From Thermoproteota archaeon (lineage in GTDB: Archaea > Korarchaeota > Korarchaeia > Korarchaeales > Korarchaeaceae), in contig JAOZFN010000007.1 in the NCBI GenBank assembly GCA_027492205.1, positions 11,978 through 75,977 of the forward strand: DNA of 64,000 nt, in the 5' to 3' direction. A program made the position numbers and the translations under genes. Position 1 is the stretch's first letter. Every line of letters begins with the position of its first letter. Positions 9,693 through 19,410 of this stretch are shown piece by piece. The notes beneath the pieces are model-generated. The model ran no database searches, was not told the origin of the DNA, and saw only the letters and a program-made list of their open reading frames with translations.

Positions 9693-10985
9693 ATGCTGGA
9701 GGCCTCCCAGGGGCAGACAGTGATGATGTTGGTCTTCGCCTTCACCGTGGCCGCACTCGTGACGGAGAAGTACCACCGCGTGGTGTCGGCCCTCCTGGGC
9801 GCCTCCCTGGCTGTCTACTTCGGGGGTTTCGTCTACCACATCTTCAGCCCAGAGGAGGCCGTCTCGACCTTCATCGACGGGCCGACGATGAGGCTCATCC
9901 TGGGCGTCCTCTTGCTCATGGAGGGCCTCGCCAGGTCCGGCCTGTTCCAGTTCATCGGGCTCTGGATTGTCAGGCTGGTCAGGGGGAACGTTAGGCTCCT
10001 CTTCACCGCCTTCATGTTCATGTCGACGGGACTGACCCTCGTGATCCCGAACCTGCCGGCCATGCTGATCATCGGGGCGATCACCGCCTCGGTGGCCAGG
10101 CGGGCTCCCATCAGGCTGAGGAAGTGGATCCTCTACGAGGCGGTGGCCTGCAACGCGGGCTCCATCGGCCTGATGATCAGCTCGATCCCCAACCTCATAG
10201 TGGCGGCGGAGTTCGGCTTCACGTTCGCGGACTTCGTCTCCATCACGGCTCCACTCGCCCTCCTGCTCGCCGCCGTGACCACGGCCGTCGGACTTCGGAC
10301 CGGCGGCCTCGCGCGAGGCGAGGGATGTCGAATAGAGGTTGACGTCGATCCCTGGAAGGCGGTCAAGGGAGTCTGGTCGCTTGCCCGATCCGGAGCCATA
10401 TTCGTAGCCTTCGTGGCCCTCCTCGCCCTCTCCGACAGGACGGGCGTGCCGATGGACATAGTCGCGCTGATGGGCGGCGTGGCCATGCTGTGGCTGGGCG
10501 CGGCCGAGCCGGAGGACATCCTCAGGTCGCTGGACTGGGGGACCTTCTTCTTCCTGGCCGGCTTCTACGTGCTCGTTGGGGCAGAGGAGAGGGCTGGAGT
10601 CCTCGACCTCCTGGCCAAGCAGGTGGCCCCGATCTACGGCCTTCCCTGGCCGCTGAGCTCCTCCATCACGCTCTGGATCGCCGGGCTGGCCAGCGGGATC
10701 GTGGACAACATCCCGATAACCCTGACCCTCATTCCCATCGTCGAGAAGGCCGCGGCCGCGGGAGGCTCGGCCCCCAACCTGATGGCCTGGGCGCTGGCCA
10801 TAGGGGCGAACCTCGGCGGGAGCCTCACCTACTTCGCCTCCCCGCCTTCCCTCATTGCTGTGAGCATCCTTGAGCGGGAGGAGCCCGGGTTCACTCCGTG
10901 GGAGTTCGTCAAGGTCGGGGCCCCCATGACGCTCCTCCACCTGGCCGTTGCGGATGCCTACATGCTGCTGAGGCTGGGGCTGTGA
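9693..10985 (+). CDS. ArsB/NhaD (SLC13/IT superfamily) anion permease
   Basis: ~12 TM; NAGSIGLMISSIPN, SGIVDNIP, GANLGGSLTYFAS. Confidence 0.85.
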   Translation: MLEASQGQTVMMLVFAFTVAALVTEKYHRVVSALLGASLAVYFGGFVYHIFSPEEAVSTFIDGPTMRLILGVLLLMEGLARSGLFQFIGLWIVRLVRGNVRLLFTAFMFMSTGLTLVIPNLPAMLIIGAITASVARRAPIRLRKWILYEAVACNAGSIGLMISSIPNLIVAAEFGFTFADFVSITAPLALLLAAVTTAVGLRTGGLARGEGCRIEVDVDPWKAVKGVWSLARSGAIFVAFVALLALSDRTGVPMDIVALMGGVAMLWLGAAEPEDILRSLDWGTFFFLAGFYVLVGAEERAGVLDLLAKQVAPIYGLPWPLSSSITLWIAGLASGIVDNIPITLTLIPIVEKAAAAGGSAPNLMAWALAIGANLGGSLTYFASPPSLIAVSILEREEPGFTPWEFVKVGAPMTLLHLAVADAYMLLRLGL

Positions 10986-11000
10986 GGTCAACGCCTCTCC

Positions 11001-11624
11001 TCAGCCCTCCCGACTGGCCCCTCCCTCTGGTCGCGCAGAATCCCCTTCCTCCTGCTCTAAGAGGCCCCGGGCCAGGAACTCGGTGAGACCGTCCAGGAGA
11101 ACCTCAAACTTCTCCTTGAAAAGTCTGTAGACACTCTTTGCGAGGTCGTAGAACAGGAGGACTCCGACCGCGAGGAACGCGAGCGAGGGCACGAGCCTCG
11201 CCGCCCCGGGGGGGATGGAGCTCACTAGCGGGGACACGGCGTACCAGGCGAGGGCTAGCCCCATCAGGTAGATCACGTCCTGCCCGACCCTCCTGATTCC
11301 ACGTACCTCCGCAAGCCCGAGCAGCTTGGACAGCCTCTTGGCAGAGACGTCGAGCAGCCAGAGGAGTTCTGATAGCATGCTGTAGCCGAAGTAGACGACC
11401 GCGGCCAGCCGGAGCACGCCCACGACCTCGAACCCGCTTATCGTTATGCCGAAGAGGTCTATCGACGCTCCGTCCAAGACCCTGCCGAGGATGAACAGGA
11501 GGCCCAGGGCGATCGCGAGTTCAATTAAGCTCGTCAGGAGACGGCTAAGCCTAGTTCTGAGTTCCTCGACCGAGACCCTCGATCGCTGGGGGCGGGCGGC
11601 GGATTCGGGGCTCGACAATCTCAA
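11001..11624 (-). CDS. Hypothetical membrane protein (4 TM)
   Basis: Four hydrophobic segments; overlaps the MFS stop. Confidence 0.7.
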   Translation of the reverse strand: MRLSSPESAARPQRSRVSVEELRTRLSRLLTSLIELAIALGLLFILGRVLDGASIDLFGITISGFEVVGVLRLAAVVYFGYSMLSELLWLLDVSAKRLSKLLGLAEVRGIRRVGQDVIYLMGLALAWYAVSPLVSSIPPGAARLVPSLAFLAVGVLLFYDLAKSVYRLFKEKFEVLLDGLTEFLARGLLEQEEGDSARPEGGASREG

Positions 11625-12874
11625 TCGAGCCCGTCGCCTGCGGGCGCCCTATAAACTTCCGGGGCGCGAGCCGCGCCTCCCCCACTCGACAGGCCCCTCA
11701 AACCGAGCAGGATGGCGACCGCCACGGCGTCGATGACCGGGGCGATTGCGCCCCCGAGAAATGCCGCCCGGTACCCCAGGGTCCACGCGAGGGCTCCGGC
11801 CACAATTGGGCCGGAGGCGTGGCCCACGTCCTTAATGGACTCCAGAGCCCCAAGACCTGACCCGACCGCCGATCGTGGGGCTATCTCCGATATCAGGGGG
11901 GATGTCGCCGACGTGGCCGAAGCGGTGCCCACCCCGTGGGCGACGAGGCAGAGCCCGATAGTCAGAGGGTCCCTCGCCAGGGCCAGGGCGGCCGACCCCG
12001 CGGCGGAAACCGCCAGGCCGGCCAAGATGAACCTGACCCTGCCGAGCCTGTCTGAGAGCGCCCCCGTCGCAGGCTTGACCAGCGCTACGGTGAGCACCTC
12101 CAAGCCCATCAGGGCCCCGGTGACCCACCTCTCCATTCCCACCAGGTCGGCGTACAGCGGGAGGAAGGCCTCAACTCCGCCGAGGCTGAAGTAGGACGCC
12201 GCCTCCGCCGAGCTGACAAGGAGAACCCTGTGGTCGCGGAGGACGGAGGAGATCCCCCTCAGCGCGTCTCGGGGACTCATCCCCCTGTCCTCAGGGCCGG
12301 ATCCCACGTCCAGCCTTAGAGCCAGCGCCAGGCTGATGGAACCCATGACCCCACACACCAGGTAGGCCAGGCGAAATGGGCCGAGCAGCTGCACCGAGAC
12401 CAGCGCGCCGGAGGCGGCCGGGGCGACCAGCCTTCCCACCATCGTGGCCGAGGAGAATGTCCCCATAGTCTTCCCCCTGCTCTCCGGGGGGAACATGTCG
12501 GCAATGGCCGCCATGGACACCGGCGTGAACACGGCCGTGGCGACCCCGTGGTAGACCCTCAGGAGGCCCAGCTGCCAGGGCGTCCTCACCAGGAGGTAGA
12601 GGAAGGGGGCGGAGGCGAAAATGAAGGCGGACGTGAGGAGGAGCTTCCTCCTCCCGTAGACGTCCGACAGGGCGCCGGCCGAGACGTTCACGACAACACC
12701 CGTGACGGTGCTGGCGGACGCTATGAGCCCTATCTCAAACTCGGTGGCCCCCAGATACCCTGCAAACCAGGAGAGGAGCGGTGACTTGGAAGCTGTGGAG
12801 CTGAAGATGGCGAACGCCCCCATCAGGCACAGAAGTGCGAATTCCGTCGATCTAATCCTCCCCCCGGAGGGCAA
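11621..12874 (-). CDS. MFS transporter
   Basis: Motif A twice (GALSDVYGRR, GALSDRLGR); 12 TM. Confidence 0.92.
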   Translation of the reverse strand: MPSGGRIRSTEFALLCLMGAFAIFSSTASKSPLLSWFAGYLGATEFEIGLIASASTVTGVVVNVSAGALSDVYGRRKLLLTSAFIFASAPFLYLLVRTPWQLGLLRVYHGVATAVFTPVSMAAIADMFPPESRGKTMGTFSSATMVGRLVAPAASGALVSVQLLGPFRLAYLVCGVMGSISLALALRLDVGSGPEDRGMSPRDALRGISSVLRDHRVLLVSSAEAASYFSLGGVEAFLPLYADLVGMERWVTGALMGLEVLTVALVKPATGALSDRLGRVRFILAGLAVSAAGSAALALARDPLTIGLCLVAHGVGTASATSATSPLISEIAPRSAVGSGLGALESIKDVGHASGPIVAGALAWTLGYRAAFLGGAIAPVIDAVAVAILLGLRGLSSGGGAARAPEVYRAPAGDGLD

Positions 12875-12937
12875 GCCGACCCTGCCCCTTGGCTCGCCCC
12901 CCCTTTTTTACGGTATCGACAGACTTTTCCGGGGTGG

Positions 12938-13459
12938 TTGCGGCTGAGGTGGGTGACCCGGGCGCGGGTTCACGTGGACAGGGTCGCCTGTCCCTGGCTC
13001 ATCAAACGGTTCATCGACCCGGAGGCGGAGTTCAAGTTCGTCCCGTGGCCGGGAACCGAGCTCAAGCCTGAAGATGGAGTCCCATTCGACATACCGGGAG
13101 TGGAGCTTGGGCACCACAACGGCAAGTGCAGCTTCGAGGCGATCATCGAGAAGTACGGGCTGGACGACCCAGCCCTCCTCGAGCTGGCCAAGATAGTGCA
13201 CGCCGCGGACATCAAGAAGGACAGGCACCTGGCCCCGGAGGCCGCCGGGCTGGAGGCCATCGCGAGGGGCGCCATGTTCCTGGTGGAGGACGACTATGAG
13301 GCGCTCGAGAGGCAATTCTTCCTCTACGACGCCCTCTACGTCTACTGCCAGCTCAAGCTCCTGGAGGAGGAGTACAAGGGCGTGTTGGAGGGCATGGGGA
13401 AGGAGGAGAGGTTCCAGTTCCTCAAGTCGAAGATCAGGCTCCCGTGGAGGGGGGAGTAG
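12938..13459 (+). CDS. Chromate-resistance ChrB C-terminal-domain protein
   Basis: WVTRARVHVDRVACPWLIKRFIDPEAEF, GKCSFE, IVHAAD. Confidence 0.85.
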   Translation: MRLRWVTRARVHVDRVACPWLIKRFIDPEAEFKFVPWPGTELKPEDGVPFDIPGVELGHHNGKCSFEAIIEKYGLDDPALLELAKIVHAADIKKDRHLAPEAAGLEAIARGAMFLVEDDYEALERQFFLYDALYVYCQLKLLEEEYKGVLEGMGKEERFQFLKSKIRLPWRGE

Positions 13460-13497
13460 GAGGAGAGCCTAGCTGACCGGGCTCCCCTGGGCGGCGG

Positions 13498-14775
13498 TCA
13501 GATCACCCTCTTGACCAGGTTCTTGACCTTCAGTCCCTCAAGCACAGACTGCAGTATCCTCGGCGGGTAGTCTCCCAGCCCAACGATCGCAGCCTTTGAT
13601 CTGGGCCAGACCACATCGGACTCCAGGGCTATCTCGTAGTGGATGGAGCATGTCTCGGGAACTCCCCTGGCCTCGACCGAGTCGCCGGGGAACAGGACCC
13701 TCCCGACGGAGACCTCCTTGTCGCCGAACGTGACCTTCTCCACCTTGATTGGCCTCCTCCACGAGTTCTTGATCTCTAGGACACCGTTGCTCCCCCTGGA
13801 GAGCTCGAAGTGCCTCTCTCCGGCGACGTCCAGCCTCTCCCCGAAGAACCGCGCGACCGGGACGACCCTCCGAACCTCCGTCCCGGAGACCTCCGCCGTG
13901 AGCTGGAGCCTGTAGTCCACATCCAGGACGTAGATGTACCTGTCGGAGTACTCCCCCAGCACACCTTGGTAATACTTCCTCTCCCCGTCGACGTCGTCGA
14001 CCCTGACTGTGACGAGCCTGCCTATGCTGTTCTCGAGCAGCGGATCGTAGGATTGACCCACGGCCGCTCCGAGGGCCTTCGCCTGGGCCTCCTCGACGGC
14101 CTTCCTCAGATCGGCGGGCAGGCTGGACATCAGCATGCCGGTGGACGAGGACAGCGCCGCCGCGACCTTGTCCTTCACGTAGCTGAGAGAGTTGTAGATC
14201 CTCCTCTTCGCGCTCTTCAGGAGCGGCTTGCTGTAGAGGTCTGAGAGCTCCTTCCACCTCCTGAGCTTCTCTTCTTTAGTCATCTCGTCCACGAAGCTGA
14301 TTATCATCCAGAGGTCGCCTAGCTCGTTGGAGTACACCTTCCGGGACACCCGGCTTGGCGGGGCCCAAGAGTCGATCTTCACATCCTCTATCGTGACCTT
14401 CGGGTCGATCATGCCCCTGTCCTTCAGGTACTGGAGGAGGATCTCAGCCTTCTCCAGGAACCTCTCGTTCCCGGTCTCGTGGTAGTTCTCGACGAGGAAC
14501 GCCACAAGCGACAGCGGGTTCTCTATTCCTGAGTCGGTGTAGAAGACCTCAAAGCCGCCCTTGCTCCTCGGCGGTGTCTCCAGCCTACCGTAGTGCGCCT
14601 CCCTCCCGAGGAAGACGAAGACCCTCCTCCCCCTCACGAGCTTCAGGACCCTGTCGATTGAGAACATGTCTACGATGGAGAAGAGGATGGAAGCGACGAT
14701 CCCCAGCGCCATGAGGTAGATCAGGGGCATTATGGACTGTAGGGCCTGGTTGACCGAGGTGAGGTTCCCCTGCAT
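13498..14775 (-). CDS. Membrane-anchored hypothetical protein with Sm-like segments
   Basis: One N-terminal TM; 425 aa; genome-typical codon bias. Confidence 0.75.
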   Translation of the reverse strand: MQGNLTSVNQALQSIMPLIYLMALGIVASILFSIVDMFSIDRVLKLVRGRRVFVFLGREAHYGRLETPPRSKGGFEVFYTDSGIENPLSLVAFLVENYHETGNERFLEKAEILLQYLKDRGMIDPKVTIEDVKIDSWAPPSRVSRKVYSNELGDLWMIISFVDEMTKEEKLRRWKELSDLYSKPLLKSAKRRIYNSLSYVKDKVAAALSSSTGMLMSSLPADLRKAVEEAQAKALGAAVGQSYDPLLENSIGRLVTVRVDDVDGERKYYQGVLGEYSDRYIYVLDVDYRLQLTAEVSGTEVRRVVPVARFFGERLDVAGERHFELSRGSNGVLEIKNSWRRPIKVEKVTFGDKEVSVGRVLFPGDSVEARGVPETCSIHYEIALESDVVWPRSKAAIVGLGDYPPRILQSVLEGLKVKNLVKRVI

Positions 14776-14892
14776 TTCGTGTCACCCTCCCCCGCCCGCC
14801 CAGCCGCATCAATTAACTTAAGTCGACGTCAACCACGAGGTCGGGTGTGGTGGGGGGACGCCTGCCGTGAATCACAGTTCGCGGTCGACCGT

Positions 14893-15558
14893 TCAGCAGT
14901 CTTCCTGAGACGCGAGGGGGTCGAGGACCCTCTGAACGTCCTCCCAGACTTGGTGGATCTCCTTGCACCCGTCGATCTCCACCAGGAGGCCCCTTTCTCC
15001 GTAGTATTTTATGAGGGGCTCGGTCTGCTCGTGATACACCCTCAACCGCTCCCTGATGACCTCTTCCCGGTCATCGTCCCTCTGAATCAGCCTTCCCCCG
15101 CACCGATCGCAGACTCCGGGCCTCTTCGGTGGGTTGTAGTCTAGGTGATAGATGGCCCCGCAACTCTCGCACACCCTCCTCCTCGAGAGCCTGCGCACGA
15201 CGGCCTCCTCAGAGACTCTGAGGTAGAGCACCGCGTTGAGCTCCTTGCCCGCGCTCTCAAGCATCCTATCGAGCGCCTCGGCCTGGGCGACCGTTCTGGG
15301 GAACCCGTCCAGGATGAACCCCCTCTCGCAGTCGGGCCTGCAGATCCGATCTCGGACCATCTCGACGACCAGCTCGTCGGGTACGAGTTCCCCCGATTCG
15401 ACGTACTTTCTTATTCGGTTGGCGAGGCCATCGCTCCTCTTGAGGATCTCCCTGAACATGTCTCCGGTGGACACGTGCGGTATCCCATACTTAGACGAGA
15501 TCAGGGCGGATTGAGTCCCCTTACCCGCGCCCGGAGGCCCCATGATGACGAGCCTCAA
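14893..15558 (-). CDS. adk: Adenylate kinase (bacterial-type, Zn-LID)
   Basis: GPPGAGKGTQ, STGDMFR, LDGFPRT, CxxC...CxxC LID, QRDDD. Confidence 0.96.
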   Translation of the reverse strand: MRLVIMGPPGAGKGTQSALISSKYGIPHVSTGDMFREILKRSDGLANRIRKYVESGELVPDELVVEMVRDRICRPDCERGFILDGFPRTVAQAEALDRMLESAGKELNAVLYLRVSEEAVVRRLSRRRVCESCGAIYHLDYNPPKRPGVCDRCGGRLIQRDDDREEVIRERLRVYHEQTEPLIKYYGERGLLVEIDGCKEIHQVWEDVQRVLDPLASQEDC

Positions 15559-15564
15559 GGGGGA

Positions 15565-16239
15565 TCACCCTATCGAGGCGGCGACGAGTCTGCCGAGGGG
15601 AGTAAGCTCGACGGCCGTCCTCCGTCCGATGCGGGTCACCTTCACGAAGCCCATGGCCTCCAGCCCCGGCGTCCTCTCGGACCCCCTTATGTGGTAGCTT
15701 AAGAGGGCTCGACTCATCGCGGTCTTCCTCGAGAGGTTGTCGAGCCCCTCCACCCTCCCACCCTCCGACCACAGGGCCGCGAGTATGCCCAGCTTCTCCT
15801 CACTCAGCCCGACCCTGAGCCCGTTGGGCGGCGTGGGCAGGCAGATGATCTTTCCGTCGACGACGTCGAAGCAGGGGAGACCGTGGGCCATTGCCGCCAG
15901 GAGGCCGGCCACGGCCTGGCTCTTGTCGGCCGCGCCGACGTTGACCTCGATGGAGGTGTATTCCCCACAAAGCTGGTTCATGACCTCCCTTATTATTGCG
16001 GCCATCTCTTCCGGACTCTTGGAGTCCTGGTAAGGGACTAGCTTTATCGGGAGGCCCAGTAGGGAGCTGAGGACATCTGATTGTGCTGTTACGGCATCCA
16101 TCTCCTCTCTCCTGAATATCAGAACCAGTCCGTGGACCTGGCGCTCTCTCAGCGCGGCCGTTAGAGCTTCTGTGAAACTGCCTGAAACCAGTGCAAGCTG
16201 GCAGACCCTCTCCTCCCCCAAAGGAATCCCTGTAGGCAC
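15565..16239 (-). CDS. Transcription regulator: CARF/Rossmann-like N-domain plus winged HTH
   Basis: Beta-alpha N-domain (IEVNVGAADK); C-terminal SRALLSYHI...GLEAMGFVKV...VELTPLG. Confidence 0.7.
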   Translation of the reverse strand: MPTGIPLGEERVCQLALVSGSFTEALTAALRERQVHGLVLIFRREEMDAVTAQSDVLSSLLGLPIKLVPYQDSKSPEEMAAIIREVMNQLCGEYTSIEVNVGAADKSQAVAGLLAAMAHGLPCFDVVDGKIICLPTPPNGLRVGLSEEKLGILAALWSEGGRVEGLDNLSRKTAMSRALLSYHIRGSERTPGLEAMGFVKVTRIGRRTAVELTPLGRLVAASIG

Positions 16240-16351
16240 GCTAAGACAATTTATAAGCTCTCCGCACGACAGTCAAGCACAATCCTGCAGGGGCCTCGCG
16301 TTCGGGAAGGGGTAAATAGACGGGTACCCTACACTCACCCGGTGCTGAGAC

Positions 16352-16792
16352 TTGGGTGAGATCGAGGCTAGAGGCGAATTGGTCTTCAAGGAGCTAGCAC
16401 CCCTGGAGTCCCTCTTGAAGAAGCTCCAGGGAGGCGACTCGGCGTCGCAGTGGCTCGAGGCCCTCAAGATGGAGGGGGTCGCGGGGCGGCTGGGACTTCA
16501 ATCTGTGACGCTGGAGGAGGCGCGGGTGGATGAGTCGGGCATGATTCACGTCAAGTTCGCTGGCAGGGAGGACTGGCCGGCTCCGGCAGCGCCAGCGGAC
16601 GTGAACCCGGTGGACTGGATTCGCTCTCTGACCGTGTCGGGCGTGTGGGAATCGGAGATATCGAAGTCAATCGACAGCTGGGGAGATCCGGCGACGCTTT
16701 CCTTCTACGACGAGGGCTACATCGAGAAGAGGAGGAAAGAGCTGCTGAACTGGTGGATGGATGCCCTTGGAGACGTGATGGGAGGCCTCTGA
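16352..16792 (+). CDS. Hypothetical protein
   Basis: Protein-like ORF ending 1 bp before the S16 protease; TATA-like GGTAAATA upstream. Confidence 0.6.
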   Translation: MGEIEARGELVFKELAPLESLLKKLQGGDSASQWLEALKMEGVAGRLGLQSVTLEEARVDESGMIHVKFAGREDWPAPAAPADVNPVDWIRSLTVSGVWESEISKSIDSWGDPATLSFYDEGYIEKRRKELLNWWMDALGDVMGGL

Positions 16793-16793
16793 G

Positions 16794-18737
16794 TTGTTAG
16801 AGAGGGGGGCTCGGCTATCAGGGTCCCTCCTTCTAGCCATGCTCGTCGTCTCCCTCCCCCCCATCTCTGGCGTCGGTGACGCGTGGGCCCAGTCGGCTGG
16901 CGGTGGAGAGGCGACGCTCATCGTGCCCGCCGTCAGCACGAGCGGGGAGGGGGTCCTGGGAAGGCTCACCATCAGGGTTGAAGGGGGCTCTGGCCGGGTG
17001 TACTTTTCGGCCGACCCGCTCACCCAACTTGACACTCAGTCTGCCGCCAGGACCGCAGCGCTGGTGGCTTGCTCGCTCCTGGGCGTCGACCCTTCAAAGT
17101 ACGACTTCTACGTCAGCATGGAGTCCGACAGCATGGTCGTCGGGGGGCCCAGCGCCGGGGCCGCCATGGCGGTCGGGATGGTGGCGGCCCTCGCGAACCT
17201 GAGCCTGAGGTCGGACGTGATCGTCACCGGCATGGTCAACCCCGACGGCACGATTGGTCCGGTGGGGGGCATTCCTGACAAGCTCCGAGCCGCGGCCGCC
17301 GGCGGGGCCCGCCTCTTCCTGATCCCAGCTGGCCAGGAGGTGGTTATCGAGAGCAAGGTCGTGGAGGAGAGAGGTCCATTTTGGGTCACCAGAAGGCTCG
17401 TCAGTGAGCGGGTGAACGTAACGCAGCTCGGCCGGGAACTCGGGGTGGAGGTCAGGGAGGTTATGACCGTCAGGGAGGCGCTCGAGATCTTCACAGGGTG
17501 GAGGATAGAGAGGGAAGCCGCCGGGGACGTATCGCTGCCCGAGAACGTGAGGTCTGAGATCGCCTCGTGGATAGACTCCTACATGGAGTCCTACAGGTCC
17601 GCAAGTGCGGAGGCAAAGTCGCTGCTCGCCGGGATTCCGAGCCGATCCCTGGGTGAGTACGTCTCACAGGCCCTCTCGTTAGCGGACAGAGAGGCCAGGG
17701 GGTCTGAAGATCTCCTCGCTGAGGGAAGGGTTTACTCGGCCGTGAGCTCAGCCTTCAGGGCGGCCATAGAGGCTGACAGGGCGAGACTAGTCGCCCGAAT
17801 GGCTACTGCCGATTCGCCGGAAGAAGAGCTGCTCTCCTACGCCTCTGAGGCGAACGGGTCGCTGTCGTCGGCCGAGGCCGCGCTGTCGTCCCTCGAGCCA
17901 AACTCGCTGACCGAGCTGGAGGTCTTGGTAGGGGCGTGGGAGAGGCTCTACGACGCCAAGCAAGCTATGGCCCAGGCAGAGTCGTCGTACAAGGAGGGGA
18001 ACTTGATATCTGCGGCAGAGTGGCTTTGCTACGCAAACTGGAGGGCTAAGACGGCTGAGAACTGGGCGTCCCTCAGGGTCTCCGGAGGGCCGCCCCCATC
18101 CCGGGCTGGCGTCTACAGGGTCGCCTCCACGATGGTGTACGAGGCTGATAGCGTCGTTGGGTACGCAGCCACCCTGCTGGAGGAGATCGGCGCGCAGAGC
18201 GGATTCCTAGACAGGGCCCTGTCTAGCCTGAGCATGGCGAAGATGGCCGAAGATGACGGCCGGGCGTATGCCGCACTCGGCCTGGCCGCCGAAGCCATCT
18301 CTTACGCCACGCTTAGCATTCACGGCGCATTCGCCACGGCGGACCCGGGCTCCCTCGCAGGGGCGGTTTCGGAGGAGTCAAGGTGGCTCATATCGAGAGT
18401 GATGAAGACGGGCGCAGTCCCGGTGCTGGCCTTGAGCTACCTCGAGCACGCGGAGGTATCCGAGTCTCAGGGAGACCTCACTACGGCTCTCCTGTTCTAC
18501 GAACTCGCCGCCACCTACGCCAACCTCGACTCTCTGATGGCCGAGCTCAAACCCCCCCTCGAGGGCCCGCCGCTGGTCTCTCCGGCTCCAACCGAGGCTC
18601 CGCCCTCTCAGGGGCCGACAAAGAGGCCACAGCCGGCGGAATTTGACAGGGCGGGCCTGGTGGCCATGGGGCTGCTCGGATTTTTCGCCGGGGCGGCGGT
18701 GACCCTGGCGATCACCAGGTCCAGGAGAGGGCTCTGA
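16794..18737 (+). CDS. Secreted/membrane-anchored Lon-like S16 serine protease (no ATPase domain)
   Basis: Signal peptide; GPSAG (Ser) and PVGGIPDK (Lys) dyad; helical region; C-terminal TM with basic tail. Confidence 0.88.
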   Translation: MLERGARLSGSLLLAMLVVSLPPISGVGDAWAQSAGGGEATLIVPAVSTSGEGVLGRLTIRVEGGSGRVYFSADPLTQLDTQSAARTAALVACSLLGVDPSKYDFYVSMESDSMVVGGPSAGAAMAVGMVAALANLSLRSDVIVTGMVNPDGTIGPVGGIPDKLRAAAAGGARLFLIPAGQEVVIESKVVEERGPFWVTRRLVSERVNVTQLGRELGVEVREVMTVREALEIFTGWRIEREAAGDVSLPENVRSEIASWIDSYMESYRSASAEAKSLLAGIPSRSLGEYVSQALSLADREARGSEDLLAEGRVYSAVSSAFRAAIEADRARLVARMATADSPEEELLSYASEANGSLSSAEAALSSLEPNSLTELEVLVGAWERLYDAKQAMAQAESSYKEGNLISAAEWLCYANWRAKTAENWASLRVSGGPPPSRAGVYRVASTMVYEADSVVGYAATLLEEIGAQSGFLDRALSSLSMAKMAEDDGRAYAALGLAAEAISYATLSIHGAFATADPGSLAGAVSEESRWLISRVMKTGAVPVLALSYLEHAEVSESQGDLTTALLFYELAATYANLDSLMAELKPPLEGPPLVSPAPTEAPPSQGPTKRPQPAEFDRAGLVAMGLLGFFAGAAVTLAITRSRRGL

Positions 18738-18767
18738 CGCTCCGAACCGGCCCTCCCCGTAGGGGGC

Positions 18768-19403
18768 TCAGTACCACAACCGGGCCCCCCTCTCGGGCCT
18801 TCCCAAGAAGGCCCAGCCCATGGCCGCCCCGACCGCGAGCCCCAGCACGTGGGCTATCACGTCAACCCCCTGAAGGAAACCCCCTCCAACGGCTAGCACG
18901 GCCACGATGATTGTGCTGGATGAGACTCTCCCGAATCTGACCCACTCGAGAATGATGGCAACGCCAAACAGGCCCAGTATCCCACCCGAGGCCCCGACGG
19001 ACACGGCCCAGGGGGTGAGGATCGCGGACCCGAGGCCCCCCACCAGGGCCGCCGCGAAGAAAGTCGCCAGCATGCGGGCGGGGCCCAACACCTGCTCCGT
19101 CAGCGTTCCCAGGACGTAGAGCGCGTACGAGTTGAAAGCCAAGTGGAGGAGGCCGGCGTGGAGGAAAATGGACGTTACGAGGGTGTACGCCCTTCCCGAC
19201 AAAATGGCGTCAAGGGAGGACCCCCAGGCGTACAGGATGGCCCTCGACGGGACGAGAAATCCCCCGAGAGAGGCCGCATAGCCCGCCATGACGGCAGCCA
19301 GAAGGGCAGAGGTGGCCTTGGGAACCCTAGAGTGCCTCTGAAGAATGAGAAAGGTGAGCAAGCCAATCAGGGAGAAGATTAACGGTCTCAAGAGGACGGG
19401 CAA
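18768..19403 (-). CDS. Rhomboid intramembrane serine protease
   Basis: FLHAGLLHLAFN, GASG, AHVLG. Confidence 0.92.
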   Translation of the reverse strand: MPVLLRPLIFSLIGLLTFLILQRHSRVPKATSALLAAVMAGYAASLGGFLVPSRAILYAWGSSLDAILSGRAYTLVTSIFLHAGLLHLAFNSYALYVLGTLTEQVLGPARMLATFFAAALVGGLGSAILTPWAVSVGASGGILGLFGVAIILEWVRFGRVSSSTIIVAVLAVGGGFLQGVDVIAHVLGLAVGAAMGWAFLGRPERGARLWY

Positions 19404-19410
19404 GACTCAA

